DNA from: Catajapyx aquilonaris
Taxonomy: Eukaryota
DNA: 64,000 bases
Assembly: GCA_000934665.2 (NCBI GenBank)
Contig: KZ538362.1
Span: 1-64,000, forward strand
Direction: 5' to 3'
Made by a program: the position numbers and the translations under genes. Every line of letters begins with the position of its first letter. The first letter of the stretch is position 1. The notes beneath the pieces are model-generated. The model ran no database searches, was not told the DNA's origin, and saw nothing but the letters and a program-made list of their open reading frames with translations. Positions 12,940-26,360 of the stretch are shown here, piece by piece.

Positions 12940-13510
12940 CTGGAAAGCGTTTCTACAATTGATATGTTGACACCATGCGATACTACATATAGAGACGAAT
13001 CTAACGGTGCACACATTTGCCTCGTAAAATATTACCAGGTGTAGTTATCACATCTCGAAGGTTTAACCGTTAAAGAAAATCCGTTGGAAAGTGTGAGGAA
13101 GTGGAAACATTTTTAAAAGCCTGTTATATGAACTTCATAAAAATTAGTGAGGCCACAGATTATTGCCAATTGCTATTCTGGCTCATAGTCTTTTAACCCC
13201 ATATGTATAACCCAGTCTTGCATGATGAACTTATGACTTGTTTCTGACCAGGCCAAATTTTAAATAATTGAAATATTGACACCATGTTATACTCTAAATC
13301 TAGACGAATCTAAAGATACAAACATTATTCTTGTAAGATATTACCAAGTGTAGTTATTACGCATAGAAGATTTAACCGTTACAGAAAATCCGTTGGAAAG
13401 AGAGTCAGTGTTGAAAGACTTCAATAGAAAGTAGTCACAGACCACATATTATTGACAACAGCTCTTCTGGCTCATATCCATAGTCTTTTAACCCCATATG
13501 TATAGCCAAG
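12940..13510 (+). repeat. Two diverged ~310-bp tandem units, probable DNA-transposon remnant
   Basis: TTGACACCATG...AGACGAATCTAA...TTTAACCGTTA.AGAAAATCCGTTGGAAAG...ATAGTCTTTTAACCCCATATGTATA occurs twice. Confidence 0.75.
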
Positions 13511-14269
13511 TCTGGCTTCACATCTCCTCACTTGTTGCTTGAATCCCCATGATAAGAAACTTGGACAATTTTAAAGGGGTCCGACCAAGAACAAAAACCG
13601 AGACACGTGTTGGCTTCTTTCTCTTCTCAACTCCCCCATCTTGAGACGCCCGCTGCAAATGGCCGTCCTCGTAAAAAGAGATGCGAAAAGGAGCTGCAGA
13701 TAATCCAGCTCCATTTCCGCCTCCTCAAACTAAATCCCCGAGAAAACCTCTATCCAACAGAAATGAACCTTCCAGTTTCTAAAGGGAGTAAGGCAAGTGA
13801 AGACACCTCAAAAGAAAAGACTCTTCTTCCAATCCCTAGACCCCTTTTCAGATGGAGGACCAATTAAAGGTGTACTAACCTAGTGGCTCGACATAAATCG
13901 ATCTAGAATTTAATATCGGTCGGTAGATGGAGGGGTTTTGCAAGGCCCAACTTTCGACAGTGGTTCCCCGAGCTTACTTTAAATCTTTAGAGCTTCCGCT
14001 TGCAATCTTTACTGCTCCAGTTTGCGCAAAAAGTGTCAGGGGAAACCGGTACAGCGGAGGGGAATTACCCAAAGTTGGGGGAAAGTATAGAAGGGGGAGC
14101 TGATAGGGAAATGCAAGGTGTTGCCAGAACTCGCTGTTATCGTGGTCCAAATCGGAGGCAAGTCTGGACAGGTACAAGGGCACGAAAGTTGTGGGATGTA
14201 TTTGTGGCTTGTTCGTGATTAGATAAATTTACGCAAACTTAAAGTGTGAACATCGTTTTTTTGGGGGTC

Positions 14270-14830
14270 AAAACTGAGAGGAATCTAAAGGTACAAACGA
14301 TTTTGTATGTATTCGCAAGTAGCTATTATAAAAGGAAAAATATGGAAGAAAATGTCATTGGACAGTACACAATGTTTCATTAATGACATGTTTTTAATTA
14401 TCTAAAAATGTAGAAATTTGACATTTGTAGGTACATCGTATGATGCGCTAAATTGTGCTGAATCTAATGATGCAAACGGCTGTGTCGTAATGTTCACTTA
14501 AGTCTTGTTATTAGAAAGGGGAAAGTAGGGGATGGAATTGCTTAGGGTACAGTGCTTCATTTATGGCACGCTATTAATTATTCAAAATTGCATAAAATTG
14601 ACATATGTACATCTTATGATGCTCCAAATAATGCTGAATCTAACGGTACAAACCGTTTTGTCATGACACATCTAGAAGCATTAGAACATCAAAATGCAAA
14701 TTGGTGGTTAACAACTCCAGCGATTGATTTGCGGCATGTTATTGACTTCTTTAAACATACAAAATGTGGAATTTTCGCAGCATGCGATGCTCCAAAATTT
14801 TCTGAATCTAACGGTACCAACTATTTTCTT
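14270..14830 (+). repeat. ~170-180 bp degenerate tandem units with GAATCTAA motif
   Basis: GAATCTAA at ~14281, 14460, 14636 and 14805; the motif is shared with 12940-13510. Confidence 0.65.
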
Positions 14831-15839
14831 TACAAAAATTCATAAGTACAGTTATGGCGGATTGAGTAAAAGTCCGTTATTTATCATGGACGCTGATGTC
14901 AACGACTTTTTGCTAACCACTGCTCATAACAATGGTTAGATACGAGCCACATTCCTCTTCAAAACCCCTGACTGCAATTTGTTACACTCTGTATCCAATG
15001 GTGTGTCGTCTCGTAACTTGGCCAACCATAGTCCCCAGCAACTGCCTCCCAGAAAACCTCTCGGAAAACTTTTCCAAATAATTAAATCCGGCCGGAATGT
15101 ATTGACGTGACGGTAAAAATGAATTGCGGGCCGTGACGCCCCGCCAGAAAAGCCACATAAGGAAGTGGAAAGACAGCAAGTGTTTCCAAGTGTTGCCATT
15201 CCGAAGACGCCCGCTGTTCGTTAAGCCGTCCAAAACTTCAACGTTCCTCACAAGCTTTGCAAAAAGGGTTCTCCAATAACCCCCACACTTGATTGTTGCG
15301 TTCAGGTCCATTGTTGTTACGGTACCGAAATGAAAGAAATCTGGTGAGGCTAAGATGGCCCACAGCTGGAGGCTACTCTAATATCCAAAATGGATGAAAG
15401 ACGAGTCCATTGTTGGAAAATGTCCCCGTTTTTTTTTGGCTGAGCGGGTGTGTCATGTGGTTTGGATGTGCCGCAGCGGTACGACATGGCTGGGGTTGGG
15501 AGGGGTATGGGGAGGGACCAAATCTCTTCTTATTAATTCCAGCCCAGGCCGACGCCACTTGTGAAATAATGCTGGGTACCCATCATTCTCATTTCGGTTC
15601 CCGGATGATATTTAGGAAACATAATCGTCAGGATAATACGGGTCGTAACTGCCCCATTTCTCGGTGCCTGGAGTAGTTAATTTGTAAGAGGTCAGGGGCA
15701 GTGTGTGTGTGGCCTGCTTCTGAAGCGGGGTCCATTTTCATCGATCCAGGGGTATGAAAAACGTGTAAGTTACGGGGTTTTTATCCGGGATTTTGGACGA
15801 AATTCGCTCAGTCGAAAGCTGATTGGGTGTCTGGAAGGC

Positions 15840-16880
15840 AACGGTCGTAACGGTTATAACGGTCGAACTTGCATTGTCATGCTACTACCAGACTTTTCCG
15901 CAGAAACACCTATAAATAACCAAAACTGTACGGGCATATAGATAAACACACTTCTATGCATTAACCCTTGACCTTTGACCTGGCCCATAATTCAGAAAAC
16001 GCCAGTGCAAGCTCACCTAACTGCCATAACGGTCGAAGTTTACTCTCGGTCATGTTGCTACTGAAATTATTTACAAAAAAAAACTCTCTTAATAAGCATA
16101 ACTCAGACCTTTGACCCTTGACCCGACCCGACCCAGCCTTCAAAGAAAGCGGCCATTTGAGATAACGGTACGGTTATAACGGTCAAACTAGCATTGTCGT
16201 GTTACTACCAAATTCTTTCGCAGAAATACCTATATATAACTAAAATTGCATGGCAATATCGATAAGCACACTTCTATACCTTGACCACTGACCCCTGACC
16301 TAACACATAATTCAAAAATCGCAAGTTCGAGCTCACCTAACAGTCAGATAGGTCGAATTTTCACTGTCGGTCATTTTACAATAGAAATTATTTTCTTAAG
16401 AAACATAACTCAGATCTTTGACCCTTGACCCGACCAAGCCTTCAAAGAAACCAGCCATTTGAGCCCATCTGACGGTCATAACGGTCCAACTTGCACTATC
16501 AGCTCTAAATAAGCATAACTTTCTGGCAGTAAGTACAAACACACTTACATGGCTTGACCTTTGACCTTCGACCTGGCCCATCTTTCAAAAACCGATAGGT
16601 CGAGCTCAACTGACGGTCATAACGGTCATAACGGTGGTACTTTAATTCTCGATCATGTTTCTACTGAAAGTCTTCACAAATAAATTCTCTTAATAAACAT
16701 AAGTCAGACCTTTGACCCTTGACCCGACCCGGCTTTCAACGAAACCGGCCATTTGAGCTCACCTCACGGTCATAACTGCCGAATAAACATAAAGAACAAA
16801 CCCATTCCTTGACCAGTGACCCGTGACCCTTGACCTGTAGCAGATTTTTTTTTGAAAAAACTAGCGGTTCGAGCCCACCT
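15840..16880. repeat. ~300-bp tandem units rich in TGACCTTTGACC and AACGGTCATAACGG
   Basis: CATAACTCAGACCTTTGACCCTTGACCCGACC recurs at ~16100, 16405 and 16700. Confidence 0.85.
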
Positions 16881-16914
16881 AACGTGAAACCCAATTCTCC
16901 ACACTCCCCCGAAT

Positions 16915-17045
16915 GTTGTGGTTTAATGGCATAGGCCTTTGGTTAATTATTTTTAATGAGGTAATTATGCGAAAATCACCATTATGTATTAAACGGCCTG
17001 CGTTGTCAGGCCGACCGGAAGAGTGACAACTTTGAAACCGGTTTT
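16915..17045. promoter_or_regulatory. Candidate enhancer core: homeodomain-site cluster plus AAACCGGTTT
   Basis: TTAATGG, TTAATTA, TTAATGA, GTAATTATG, CCATTA and TATTAA within ~80 bp; Grainyhead-type palindrome at 17035-17044. Confidence 0.4.
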
Positions 17046-17719
17046 CCAACCCCCCCCTCCCCCAACCCTCTCTCTCTCTCTCTACAAAGGGACCCCACAC
17101 CAACAACTGTCCCCGCTCAACTTACCCGCTCCATTAAACTCGAAACACACCAGTTTAAACCCCCTCTCTCTGTGCCCCTAGAACGTTGATTATTCTGCGT
17201 GTAAGTCGGACCTATCCGACCGTAAAATAAATGTAAATATAAAATCACACGCTCCTGCTTCAATATAGTAGACTGTAAATATTCCCCCTGAAACGAGTTT
17301 TAACCCTGGGTAATATAGAGGGCGGGGTCATCAATACGGAAAAATTTGCAAACAGACCACAATTTTCCATGGTCGACCGATGGGTGGGGACACAATAACA
17401 ATAACACACACATATACACTGAAAAAGGTGACGGCAATGTGGCAGACAGATTGGAATGGGGTATGACAAAACAACGGGGCCAAATGTTTGCCTTTTGCTA
17501 CCCAATAGTTGGATAGTTACAGGGTGCTCCACGAGGGTTGTGCAACGTTTAATTGTCGTACCATCCAGAATGTAACGGACTGGGTGACAAATAATACTCA
17601 ATATGTGACTGTAAGCTTCAAATGTTTTAAAGGATAGAAAGAATATTAGATATATATGGTCAGAATTAATGTAGTTGTGGCCCAGAATAAGTCACATAAT
17701 TATCCAGAATCCATAATAT

Positions 17720-17990
17720 GCAGTAAGACTGCCGGTTTAGAAATTTGGGGAGCCTACAAAATGGCTTTGTCCGTCCGTGGACAAGTATCCGGGCCTAAAT
17801 CGAAAGAGATTGCGACAAACGGTTATCGGATTCGGATTCGGCGGATCCTAAACTATTTTAACAGTCGCAAGAAACAACTACAATCTTTCAATATTTCCTG
17901 GGGACAGTGAATGAGAACACTGTTCCAGCTGTAAATATTTTTTGGGACCAGCGAATATGGTTAAATATCATTTTTGGGCATAGACATGAT
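17720..17990 (+). mobile_element. Possible Helentron/DINE-like fragment
   Basis: GTCCGTCCGTGGACAAGTATC matches the minus strand of 35450-35470; extent uncertain. Confidence 0.35.
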
Positions 17991-18524
17991 AGAAATAGTG
18001 CTAGAGCAGCTGGTGGCGACACCAAAGAATTTTTCACTACTTTAATAGTCACAAGAAAAAATCACAAAGTCCCAATATATCCCTGGTTGATAGAATGGCA
18101 ACACTGTTCTCTAGCTTCCATATTTTTTGTGTGGACAGAAAGGATAGAACCAGTAATAACGCAAATGGCGGAATTTGTCGAAGTGCGTGTCCGGTGATGA
18201 TTAGAGTAACGGCAATAATGTGTATAAATTCGGATGCACAGCTGTTGTTGGTTTGACCGCAGGCGCATTAATCTGGATTCTATTCCCCCATATGCAGTTA
18301 GAGGCTTTTCGGTATTGAATGCTAACACTCTGTTTATTGACATGTTCCCCCCCCCCCCCCCCCCNNNCCCCCCCCCCAGCCCCTCGTGCCATGAGGTGCG
18401 ATTGTTGTCACGTCCCTGCCGCGCCAACTGTGGGCATAAATCGGGTCACATTGTTGTCTGCCGCAATGCGCGGTATGCCCTGGTGACACCTGTGTCATAC
18501 CTGTGTCACACCTGTGTCAAACAA

Positions 18525-18900
18525 TTAAACCGTTACAAACGTTTAGATACTGTTAGAATCCGTTAAACCGTTACAAACGTTTAGAAAAGGTTAGAAACCG
18601 TTAATCAGCTAGAAACGTTTAGAAACAGTTAGAAGCCGTTAAACGGTTACAAGCGTTTAGAAACTGTCAGAAACCGTTAAACCGTTACAGACACGTAGAA
18701 AAAGTTAAAAACCCTTAAACAGCTAGAAGCGGCTAGAAGCCGTAAAACAGTTACAAGTGCTAAGAAACTGTTAGAAACCGTTAAACCGTTACAGACACGT
18801 AGAAAAAGTTAAAAACCATTAAACAGCTAGAAGCGGTTAGAAGCCGTAAAACAGTTACAAGTGCTAAGAAACTGTTAAAAACCGTTAAACCGCTACAAAC
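18525..18900. repeat. Minisatellite of AAACCGTTA(C/G)A modules
   Basis: Direct reading; includes a ~100-bp higher-order duplication. Confidence 0.9.
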
Positions 18901-19717
18901 GGCTCAACGCTCAACACACAACTGTCACACCTGTAACACTCGGGTGAAGTTAGGCTAAGCTCTAAGGTTAGGTTAATTTAAGTTAAGTTACATGATTAAA
19001 ACTGGTTTTATTCCTTAAAATTAATTTTTAATGCGCTTCCAAGTTATGAAGTGACATTTCCAGCTACAAAAGAAACTCGACTGTGACAAATTGCGATTTC
19101 AAAATTTCTATTCCTGAAAGACACTTGATTAGGACACCTTCTTTACCTATAGTCAAGTGTCCTTTTTTTGACCAAAAATTTTTGAACCTCTGGTATCCCA
19201 TGGAGTCAGGTTTGTTAGTTAAGGAAACTGGGTCGAGAGTCTATGCATCATGTTCAGGTATCTATTGAAAAGGCTCAGATCAGGTGCACAGCGGTGCCCT
19301 GCCCAAAAACCTCAATGAAAAGTTCCCCCCTACCAAAAACATCGATCTGATATCGAATGACATGGGCCAAAAGGTAGGAAGCCATGATAACCATTAGGTG
19401 TGGAGGCTTTCAGGTGAGCCTAATTGCCACGTGGCATGTCATGGCGTCTGTTTTTCAGGTGGAAAAGACTGTTGATTTTGAGTAATTAGAGATGGGGAAC
19501 AATGTGACCATTTAACAGTGGCTGGTAAAAGGCTATGGAAAGTTGCGAGAGATGCAAATTTGCGGACGCAACTGTGATACTAAAATTTTAAAATGACATT
19601 TTATACAATTTTAACAAATTAAACGTAGTTACACACTCGCATTTTATCCATTTCTTTATTTTAAAAAAATGCAGCTATAATTTTTCGACGTCGTTGTGGG
19701 CTCTGCAAAGTTGCGGG

Positions 19718-19922
19718 TAGGGTTGTGCGATATTTTGATACATCGACTGTCGATACGATATTTTCCTAATATCCAAGTTGCGATATCGACGCTTGGCATG
19801 TGCGATGTATCGAATATCGCTATTTTTCGATGTCGGTTTTTTGACTTTCGATATATCGACTTAGATTCGATATTTTTAAGTATCGAATGTCGATATGCAA
19901 TTTCGGATATCGCACAACCCTA
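19718..19922 (+). mobile_element. hAT-type MITE family A, short copy (205 bp)
   Basis: TIR TAGGGTTGTGCGATAT / ATATCGCACAACCCTA; homologous to 52725 and 62316 copies; inserted in a short CTCTGCAAAGTTGCGGG repeat. Confidence 0.9.
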
Positions 19923-20804
19923 GCTTGCCGGCTCTGCCAAGTTGCGGGCCCTGAAAAGTTGCAGGCTCCGCAAAGTTGCGGACGATAGTCCAATAGTAAA
20001 CGGTTATTAAATTTAAAAAATTAATGTAATTTTAACAAGTTAAACACAGAATTTTATACAGGTATACACACATATACAACTGTATACATTTCGTTATTTG
20101 TTTAAATAAATTTGGCGTAATTTTCGACTTGGTTTAAACCAAGTCAAATGACCCTCTCTCCCCATAGCGTGAGGTGAGGCCCCGTAAATGGCGTCGCGAA
20201 ACATCCGAACCTATTTGGTCCCTGATTTGTTCAGGTCACGCGAGGCCATTTTTTATCCACCTCGTGTCATTTTGGTTCCGAAACAGTACAGCCAACCCCT
20301 AACCGGGAAAAGCAAATTATTTATTCAACCCCCCCCCCCCNCCCCCCTTACCCTACCCCCACCCCCACCAAAACCCAAACCCCCCTCGATATATTAAAGC
20401 TGACCTATCCTTAGAACCGGGTTTGATTATTAGGCCCGCATTCCTTGATGCAATATCGGGTTTTGCGGTTACGGCTGGTTCTACCGAATTATGGCCACGA
20501 GTGCTCCATTATCATAATGATTAGGGAGGAGCAGGGGGAGGGAGAGGCGGGGGGTAGGGGGAGGGGAGGACGAACCTTTACTAATGGGAGCATCGCCAGC
20601 GCTTGAGATATTGAAGTGTGCGTTTCATAAATGTGCTAATAACTATCGTCGGACGCGCAGCTTCAAGAGCTGGGGGTTTGGAGTACCCGTGGAGTGGTTC
20701 AACATTTCATGCGTGGGTTCCGTGGGTATTGACTGGGAAATGGGTTTTTAGCAGGATGGACGTTGCTACATTTTGGAAGAGGTGGAAGGGGCACGTCAAC
20801 GCCA

Positions 20805-21490
20805 GATTCGCTAATTGCTATCCGCTATTTGGCGAGTCGTGGATACTTTCTGGCTTATCCTATATTAATACCATGAGAATGGCACTTGTGAAACCCGGTT
20901 GTAACATTTATCAGATTCATTCATTCATTTGCTATCCGCTGTTTGGCGAGTAGCGGCTACTTTCTGGCTTTAATGCTATTAGTACCGTGAGAATGGTCAT
21001 TGTGGACTTTGGTTGTGAAGTGTATCCGATTCATTCATTCGTTCATTCGTTCGTTCAATTTCTATCCGCTATTTGGCGAGTGGTGGCTACTGTCTGGCTT
21101 AAACGGTATTAATACCGTGAGAATTTGCATTATAAACCATGGTTGTAACGTGTATCAGATCCGTTCGTTCATTCGTTCGTTCGCCGATACAATTTCTAAC
21201 AGCTGTTTGGAGAGTCGTGGCTACTTATGGCTTAAAAGCTATTAATGTCACGAGAATGGGCATTGTGAACCCTAGTTGTAACGTGTATCATAATCATTCA
21301 TCCATTCATTCGTTCGTTCGTTCGTTCGTTCGTACGTTCGTTCGTTCGTTCGTTCGTTCGTTCGTTCGTTCGTTCGTTCAATTTTTATCCGTTATTTGGC
21401 GAGTCGTGGCCACTGTTGGCTTAAACACTATTAATACCGTTAGAGTGGTCATTGTGGACCTTGGTTGTGAAGAGCACTAGATTCATTCAT
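20805..21490. repeat. ~120-bp tandem units with an expanding (TTCG)n tract
   Basis: TATCCGCTATTTGGCGAGT...GGCTTA...TATTAATACCGTGAGAATGG repeated about 5 times. Confidence 0.9.
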
Positions 21491-22214
21491 TCGAGCAGGC
21501 AGTAAGTGCGATTTATAAACGGTTGGGAATAGGTAATGGAGCTTCAATTAAGTTATATGTGTGATTTTTAGTTCGCTCTAATTTGTTAACAGTGTTGTCA
21601 TTCTTCAAAAAAATGAAAAATCACAGTCAAGGTTAGGATTAGTTCATAAACGCTATTAGGTTATTCGCTCTAATTCGTGTACCGGGACTACCCCAGGACT
21701 ATCGCTGGACTACTCATGGGGATTACCCTATAACACGCCGTCGTAAACGTGATAAACAAGCCGTTAAGTCCGAGCAATAACCGTTATTATGACTAATCCA
21801 CTTAAACGCGATTACCACACGCCATTTTTAACGTACCGGTACCATACGGCTCCATACCCTTTAAAAGAATCAGACTTCCTAACTCGAGTCGAAAAAAAAT
21901 CCAAGAAAAGGCACTCCAAAAATCGCATTTTTGTGGTCCTCCTAGTGAATACCAGATGATTTGGCAATGCGCATTTTCTAGCCTACTTCTGACTCGGGCC
22001 CGGTACGTCACAGCGTCTTTGCCCGCAATCCCAACGGCCACGAAGCCTGCTCGGAAACCCGTTCAATTATTCAAGGAAACGGCGAAAAGACTTCCTTTTG
22101 CCTTCTGCGGTCGGGTACAACGACCAACCAGGATTGTTGGCATGTATGACGTCAATTAAGTGTCCTAAGAAGTGACGGAGGGAAAATCACGGGTTTAGGT
22201 AGTCGCTAATGGGC

Positions 22215-23180
22215 AGGTGCGCCCTAATTGAGCGGCCTAATAGTGTCCTAAGGGAGCCCTAATAGCGACCTCAAGAACTGATTGGAAAAGTCACGACATT
22301 TGCAGGGTATAAGTGAGGCCCTAATTTTGCCCCGTGTTTTAACACCTAAGTGAGAGCCTGACATGTCACGCTTTGACGTGAACCCTCATTTACACGTTGG
22401 TCTAAGCCCTAATAAATACCAAAGGGCTCATAAGAAATTGAGGAGGAATCTTACACATTTGGCCCTTGTGCCCTAATTTAAGCGGCCTAATAGTGCCCTA
22501 AGGGAGCCCTAATAGCGCCCTAGGAAGCTGATTTGAAAATATCACCACTTACCCTGTATAAGTGAGGCCCTAATTTTCACCCGTGTCTTAAGACCTCAAG
22601 GAGAGCCTGGCATGTTACGCTTTGACGTGAACCCTAATTTACACGTTGTTTCTAAGCCCTAATAAATACCCTAGAGCTCAAAAATCGGAAATTGAGGAGG
22701 GCTATCACACCTTTGGCAAGTGTGCCTAATAGAGCCCTAACAGTGCCATAAGGGATCCCTAACAGTGCCATAAGGGATCCCTAATAGTGCCCTAATGGAG
22801 CCCTAACAGCGTCCGAAGGGAGCTGATTTGAAAATATCACCACTTTACCCGGCATATGTGAGGCCCTCATTTTCACCTGTGTCTTAAGACCTAACGGAGC
22901 CCTAATCACTCTACGTAGACTATATTTTACACGTTGTTATAAGCCCTAATGAAGACTCAAGAGAGAAGAAGAATATGAAACTGAGACACACCGTTGATTT
23001 ACGTACACAAGTCTAAGCCCTAATTAAGCCCTAATGGCCCTACAAGAAAAATCACGAGTTTTATGGGGTATGAGCAGGCCCTAATTAACAAGTGTGCGAT
23101 CAAGGCCCTAAAGGAGCTCGAAAGCACCCTAAACAGCTCTAAGAGTGCCCTAGAATGCCCTAAAAGTGCCATAAGGAGCA
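22215..23180 (+). repeat. GCCCTAAT-rich tandem array (~240-300 bp units)
   Basis: GAGCCCTAATAGCG, GTGAGGCCCTAATTTT and TTTGACGTGAACCCT recur. Confidence 0.9.
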
Positions 23181-24403
23181 ATGAGGACTGCATTATTTTT
23201 GTTAGCTTATTTTATGCAAAACGGACAATTACTGGCGGACCTTTACCGACTGTAAAATAGGCTAACTGGAACTGACAGGACTGCAATAGTTGTTCTCTAG
23301 ATAAGGTTCCTATTGACGTAGATGGTAAATTAGAATTTTCACCAGCAAGTAGCCATCTTATGGTACTGACCCGACCCAAAAATTCCAAACCGTCATAAAC
23401 CAGATTTTGAAAAAAAACCACGCCCACAAAACACAGACGAGGTTAATTAATTCATAACCTCCCCAGAAAACTATATAGCTATCATAATTTCGCAATATCT
23501 CCCGTCGCTCCCTATCAACCATTTGACACGTGCTCCCATAAGTAACATGCTTATCAAAAAAATAGTCTCTTCAGATAGCACATTTCGGAAATAAATTAGC
23601 AAAATGTCCCACGTAGGAGCCACAAATTTTCAAAACCTTCCGGTAGTTATCAGTCGATAGTATCAGAAAAATACGTGCTTTTCACCATAGCACAGGGAGT
23701 CGGGGGGTTAGAGAATTCTTTCCACCACCTTCTGCTGTCTCGTATCAAGTTCTTTGCCGCCATCCCCGTGTTCCCTTTCACTTCAATAACACGACCTTCC
23801 ATCGACACAAACAGAGCAGTGGTAGGCCATAAGGACGAAATTGGATCTGAGACGGAGGAACGGAGCATTTCAGATCTTCAATAAAAAAAAGAGGGAGGTA
23901 ATATCGACTAGGATCTGCTATTGGATCGTTCTGGTATGTCGTCGGCCATCGTTCACGTTTGTTTGGATTACCTGCGATTTATCACTACTACAATCTTTGC
24001 TGAGGGGTACCGGAAAAAAAAGTTTATGTTTGGCGCGCCTTTTAGCAGCGCAATTACAGTTGAGACGGCGCTTTTTTTTGAGAGGGGGGGGGGGCAGGAA
24101 CAATCAGGCAAGTTCCAACTTTTCCAATTTGGCATAGCCCGCAGCTTCGTATTGTGTATTCAAGGCCCTCTCAAACCGCCACTCTCCAATGGGTAGTAAT
24201 TGACTGGAAAAAAAGACGTACCCGTGCCCTAAAGTTGCGGGGTGTTTGTGAACTACTAGCGGTTAATGAATATGTAAAGACCTGGGCCACGTTTACACAC
24301 TATTCCACTTGTTTAGCTTTATAGCGATGTTGCTGATAGCTAGTGAGCAAATCGCGGCTACTTGGAGGCCAGGGAGGAGAATTAGCGCCTAGAATTGAGG
24401 AAA

Positions 24404-24743
24404 CCGGGGTTCGAGTCCAGGTGGTTTTCTGTGGTTTCCCACGGTTCCCCCAGGAGAATTCCGGGATTGCTTCCTAAATAATAGGCCACAGCCGCTTCCT
24501 TCATTTCCTATCCTTGTCCCGTCCATGAGGAGGTGCGGTGTCGGTGGGGTTTCTGACTCGCATCTAGGGAACCATCTTTGGCGAACGGGGCCCCCTGAGG
24601 GACTGCACACGACTCCCAACTTGAGACATTTCACTTGCACTAGCCCCCGCCCCCTCATTATCCATATCCTGTTCCCTGCACCGATGGCGGTATTCCACTC
24701 ACCTAAGATGGTCTAGGGCTCTAGCACGGGGTACAACAAAAAT
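24404..24743 (+). mobile_element. tRNA-derived SINE family 1, 5'-truncated
   Basis: B box GGTTCGAGTCC; body homologous to 55985-56400 and 60869-61117; ends CACGGGGTA plus A-rich tail; 11-bp TSD AATTGAGGAAA at 24393 and 24744. Confidence 0.9.
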
Positions 24744-24754
24744 AATTGAGGAAA

Positions 24755-25750
24755 TCGCGTTAAGAATAAAGCGCTGTTAGGGGCGTCACGTCACGTCGGG
24801 GCTTAATGGCTATTAGGGCCATGCTTAAGCGGGTTTAGGGATGCCACATTCATTCATATGTGTGATTAGAAAAATTACGTTCAGAATTAACCCCGATTAG
24901 GGCAGTCACGTTAAGAATGAAACGCTATTAGGGCAATCACGTCCGAGCTTAATGACGATTAGGACCAGGTTTAACCGCTAATAGGGATGTCACATCCAAT
25001 CTTATGGGTTATTGGGGAAATTGCAGTCAAAATAAAAGCAGTTATGGCAGTCACGTCCAAAATTAAGCGAGATTAGGATAATCACGCCAAACTAAGCGAG
25101 ATTATATGCGACTATTTCCAATCCTCAGCGATATTAGGGCACTCACGTCTATGTCCTTACGCAACTAGGAGAGGACTAAACGCTATTAGGGCAGTCGCAC
25201 CCAACTAAGCATTATTTTTCTCATCCATCCCAAAATTAAGCTCGATTAGGGCAGTTACCTTTAACTCCAAGCGTTATTATGGCAGTCACGTCTAGTTAAT
25301 CGTTATTTGGTGCATTCATCCCAAAATATTAATCGCAATTAGGGCAGTTAGGTTTAACCCGAAGAGTTATTATGGCAGTCACGATATTAGGATAATCACG
25401 CCCAGCTAATCGCTATTAGGGCAGTTACGTCTAGACCTAAGCGCTATTAGGGCAGTCACTTCCAACTAAACGCGATTTGGCTCATTCACCCCTCAAATTA
25501 AGCGCTATTAGGGCAGTTACGTCTAGACCTAAGCGCTGTTAGGGCAGTCACTCTTAACTAAACGCGATTTGGCTCATTCACCCCTCAAATTAAGCGCTAT
25601 TATGGCAGTCAATCCCAACTAAACGCGATTTGGCTCCTCAAATGAAGCGCTATTAGGGCAGTTGCGTCTAGACCTAAACGCTATTAGGGCTGTCACTCCC
25701 AACTAAACGCGATTTGGCTCATTCATCCCTCAAATTAAGCGCTATTGGCC
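24755..25750 (-). repeat. ATTAGGGC-rich tandem array
   Basis: AAGCGCTATTAGGGCAGT repeated many times; homogeneous copies at 25400-25750. Confidence 0.9.
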
Positions 25751-25789
25751 TATTAGAACCGCGTTTTCTTACCCAATCCCGACTCTATG

Positions 25790-26360
25790 AAGCCAGAGGC
25801 GTGAAGTAAGTTTCTATATACGTGATGAAGAGCCAGCAGGCTTCCTCCGATTGGTCCCTGGCGCCTCCATAATCCATAGCGCTTGTAATGAAAGCAGGTG
25901 GCAACGGAGGACGACTCGTTGCTGGCAGCTTTATGAAAATGTCAAATTGGTGCAAGCGGCAGCTGTGAACAGCGGGGACCAAAAGGCAGCATCCCCCGAA
26001 ATTAAACCCTTTTGCAGCACCGGATTGTTGCAGCAGACGCTTTCTAACCGGTCCTAGAACAATGTATGTAATAGAAAATAGGTCCGATTTGGCTTCTTGA
26101 TTGTTGGTGGAGCATTTGAGTTATTTACGCCATAAACATGTAAACACCATGGCAATTGCATCCGATGTCTCAATTACACGTGTGAAACGGCGTTAAGCTG
26201 TTTCAATACGGTATAATCCCCCCCAGGGCGTAATTACTATAGGCCTAATTTAAACAATCCAATCTAGATGGCAAATTAGTGTAGTCACAATATTATTGCT
26301 CTCATAATAGTCAATGTACACTCATAAATAACATTAAACAATTTAATGCGCGATTGGCTT
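25790..26360. promoter_or_regulatory. Candidate enhancer island
   Basis: Unique sequence with TAATCC, CAGGTG, CAGCTG, TTTATGA, TGTCAA, AACCGGTC, GTAATTAC and TAAACAAT motifs. Confidence 0.35.

Noticed and set aside
18346..18378. Exact lengths of poly-C/poly-G tracts
   Set aside because: Ns at 18365-18367, 20341 and 53419 show these homopolymers are unreliably sequenced; only their presence and strand were used.
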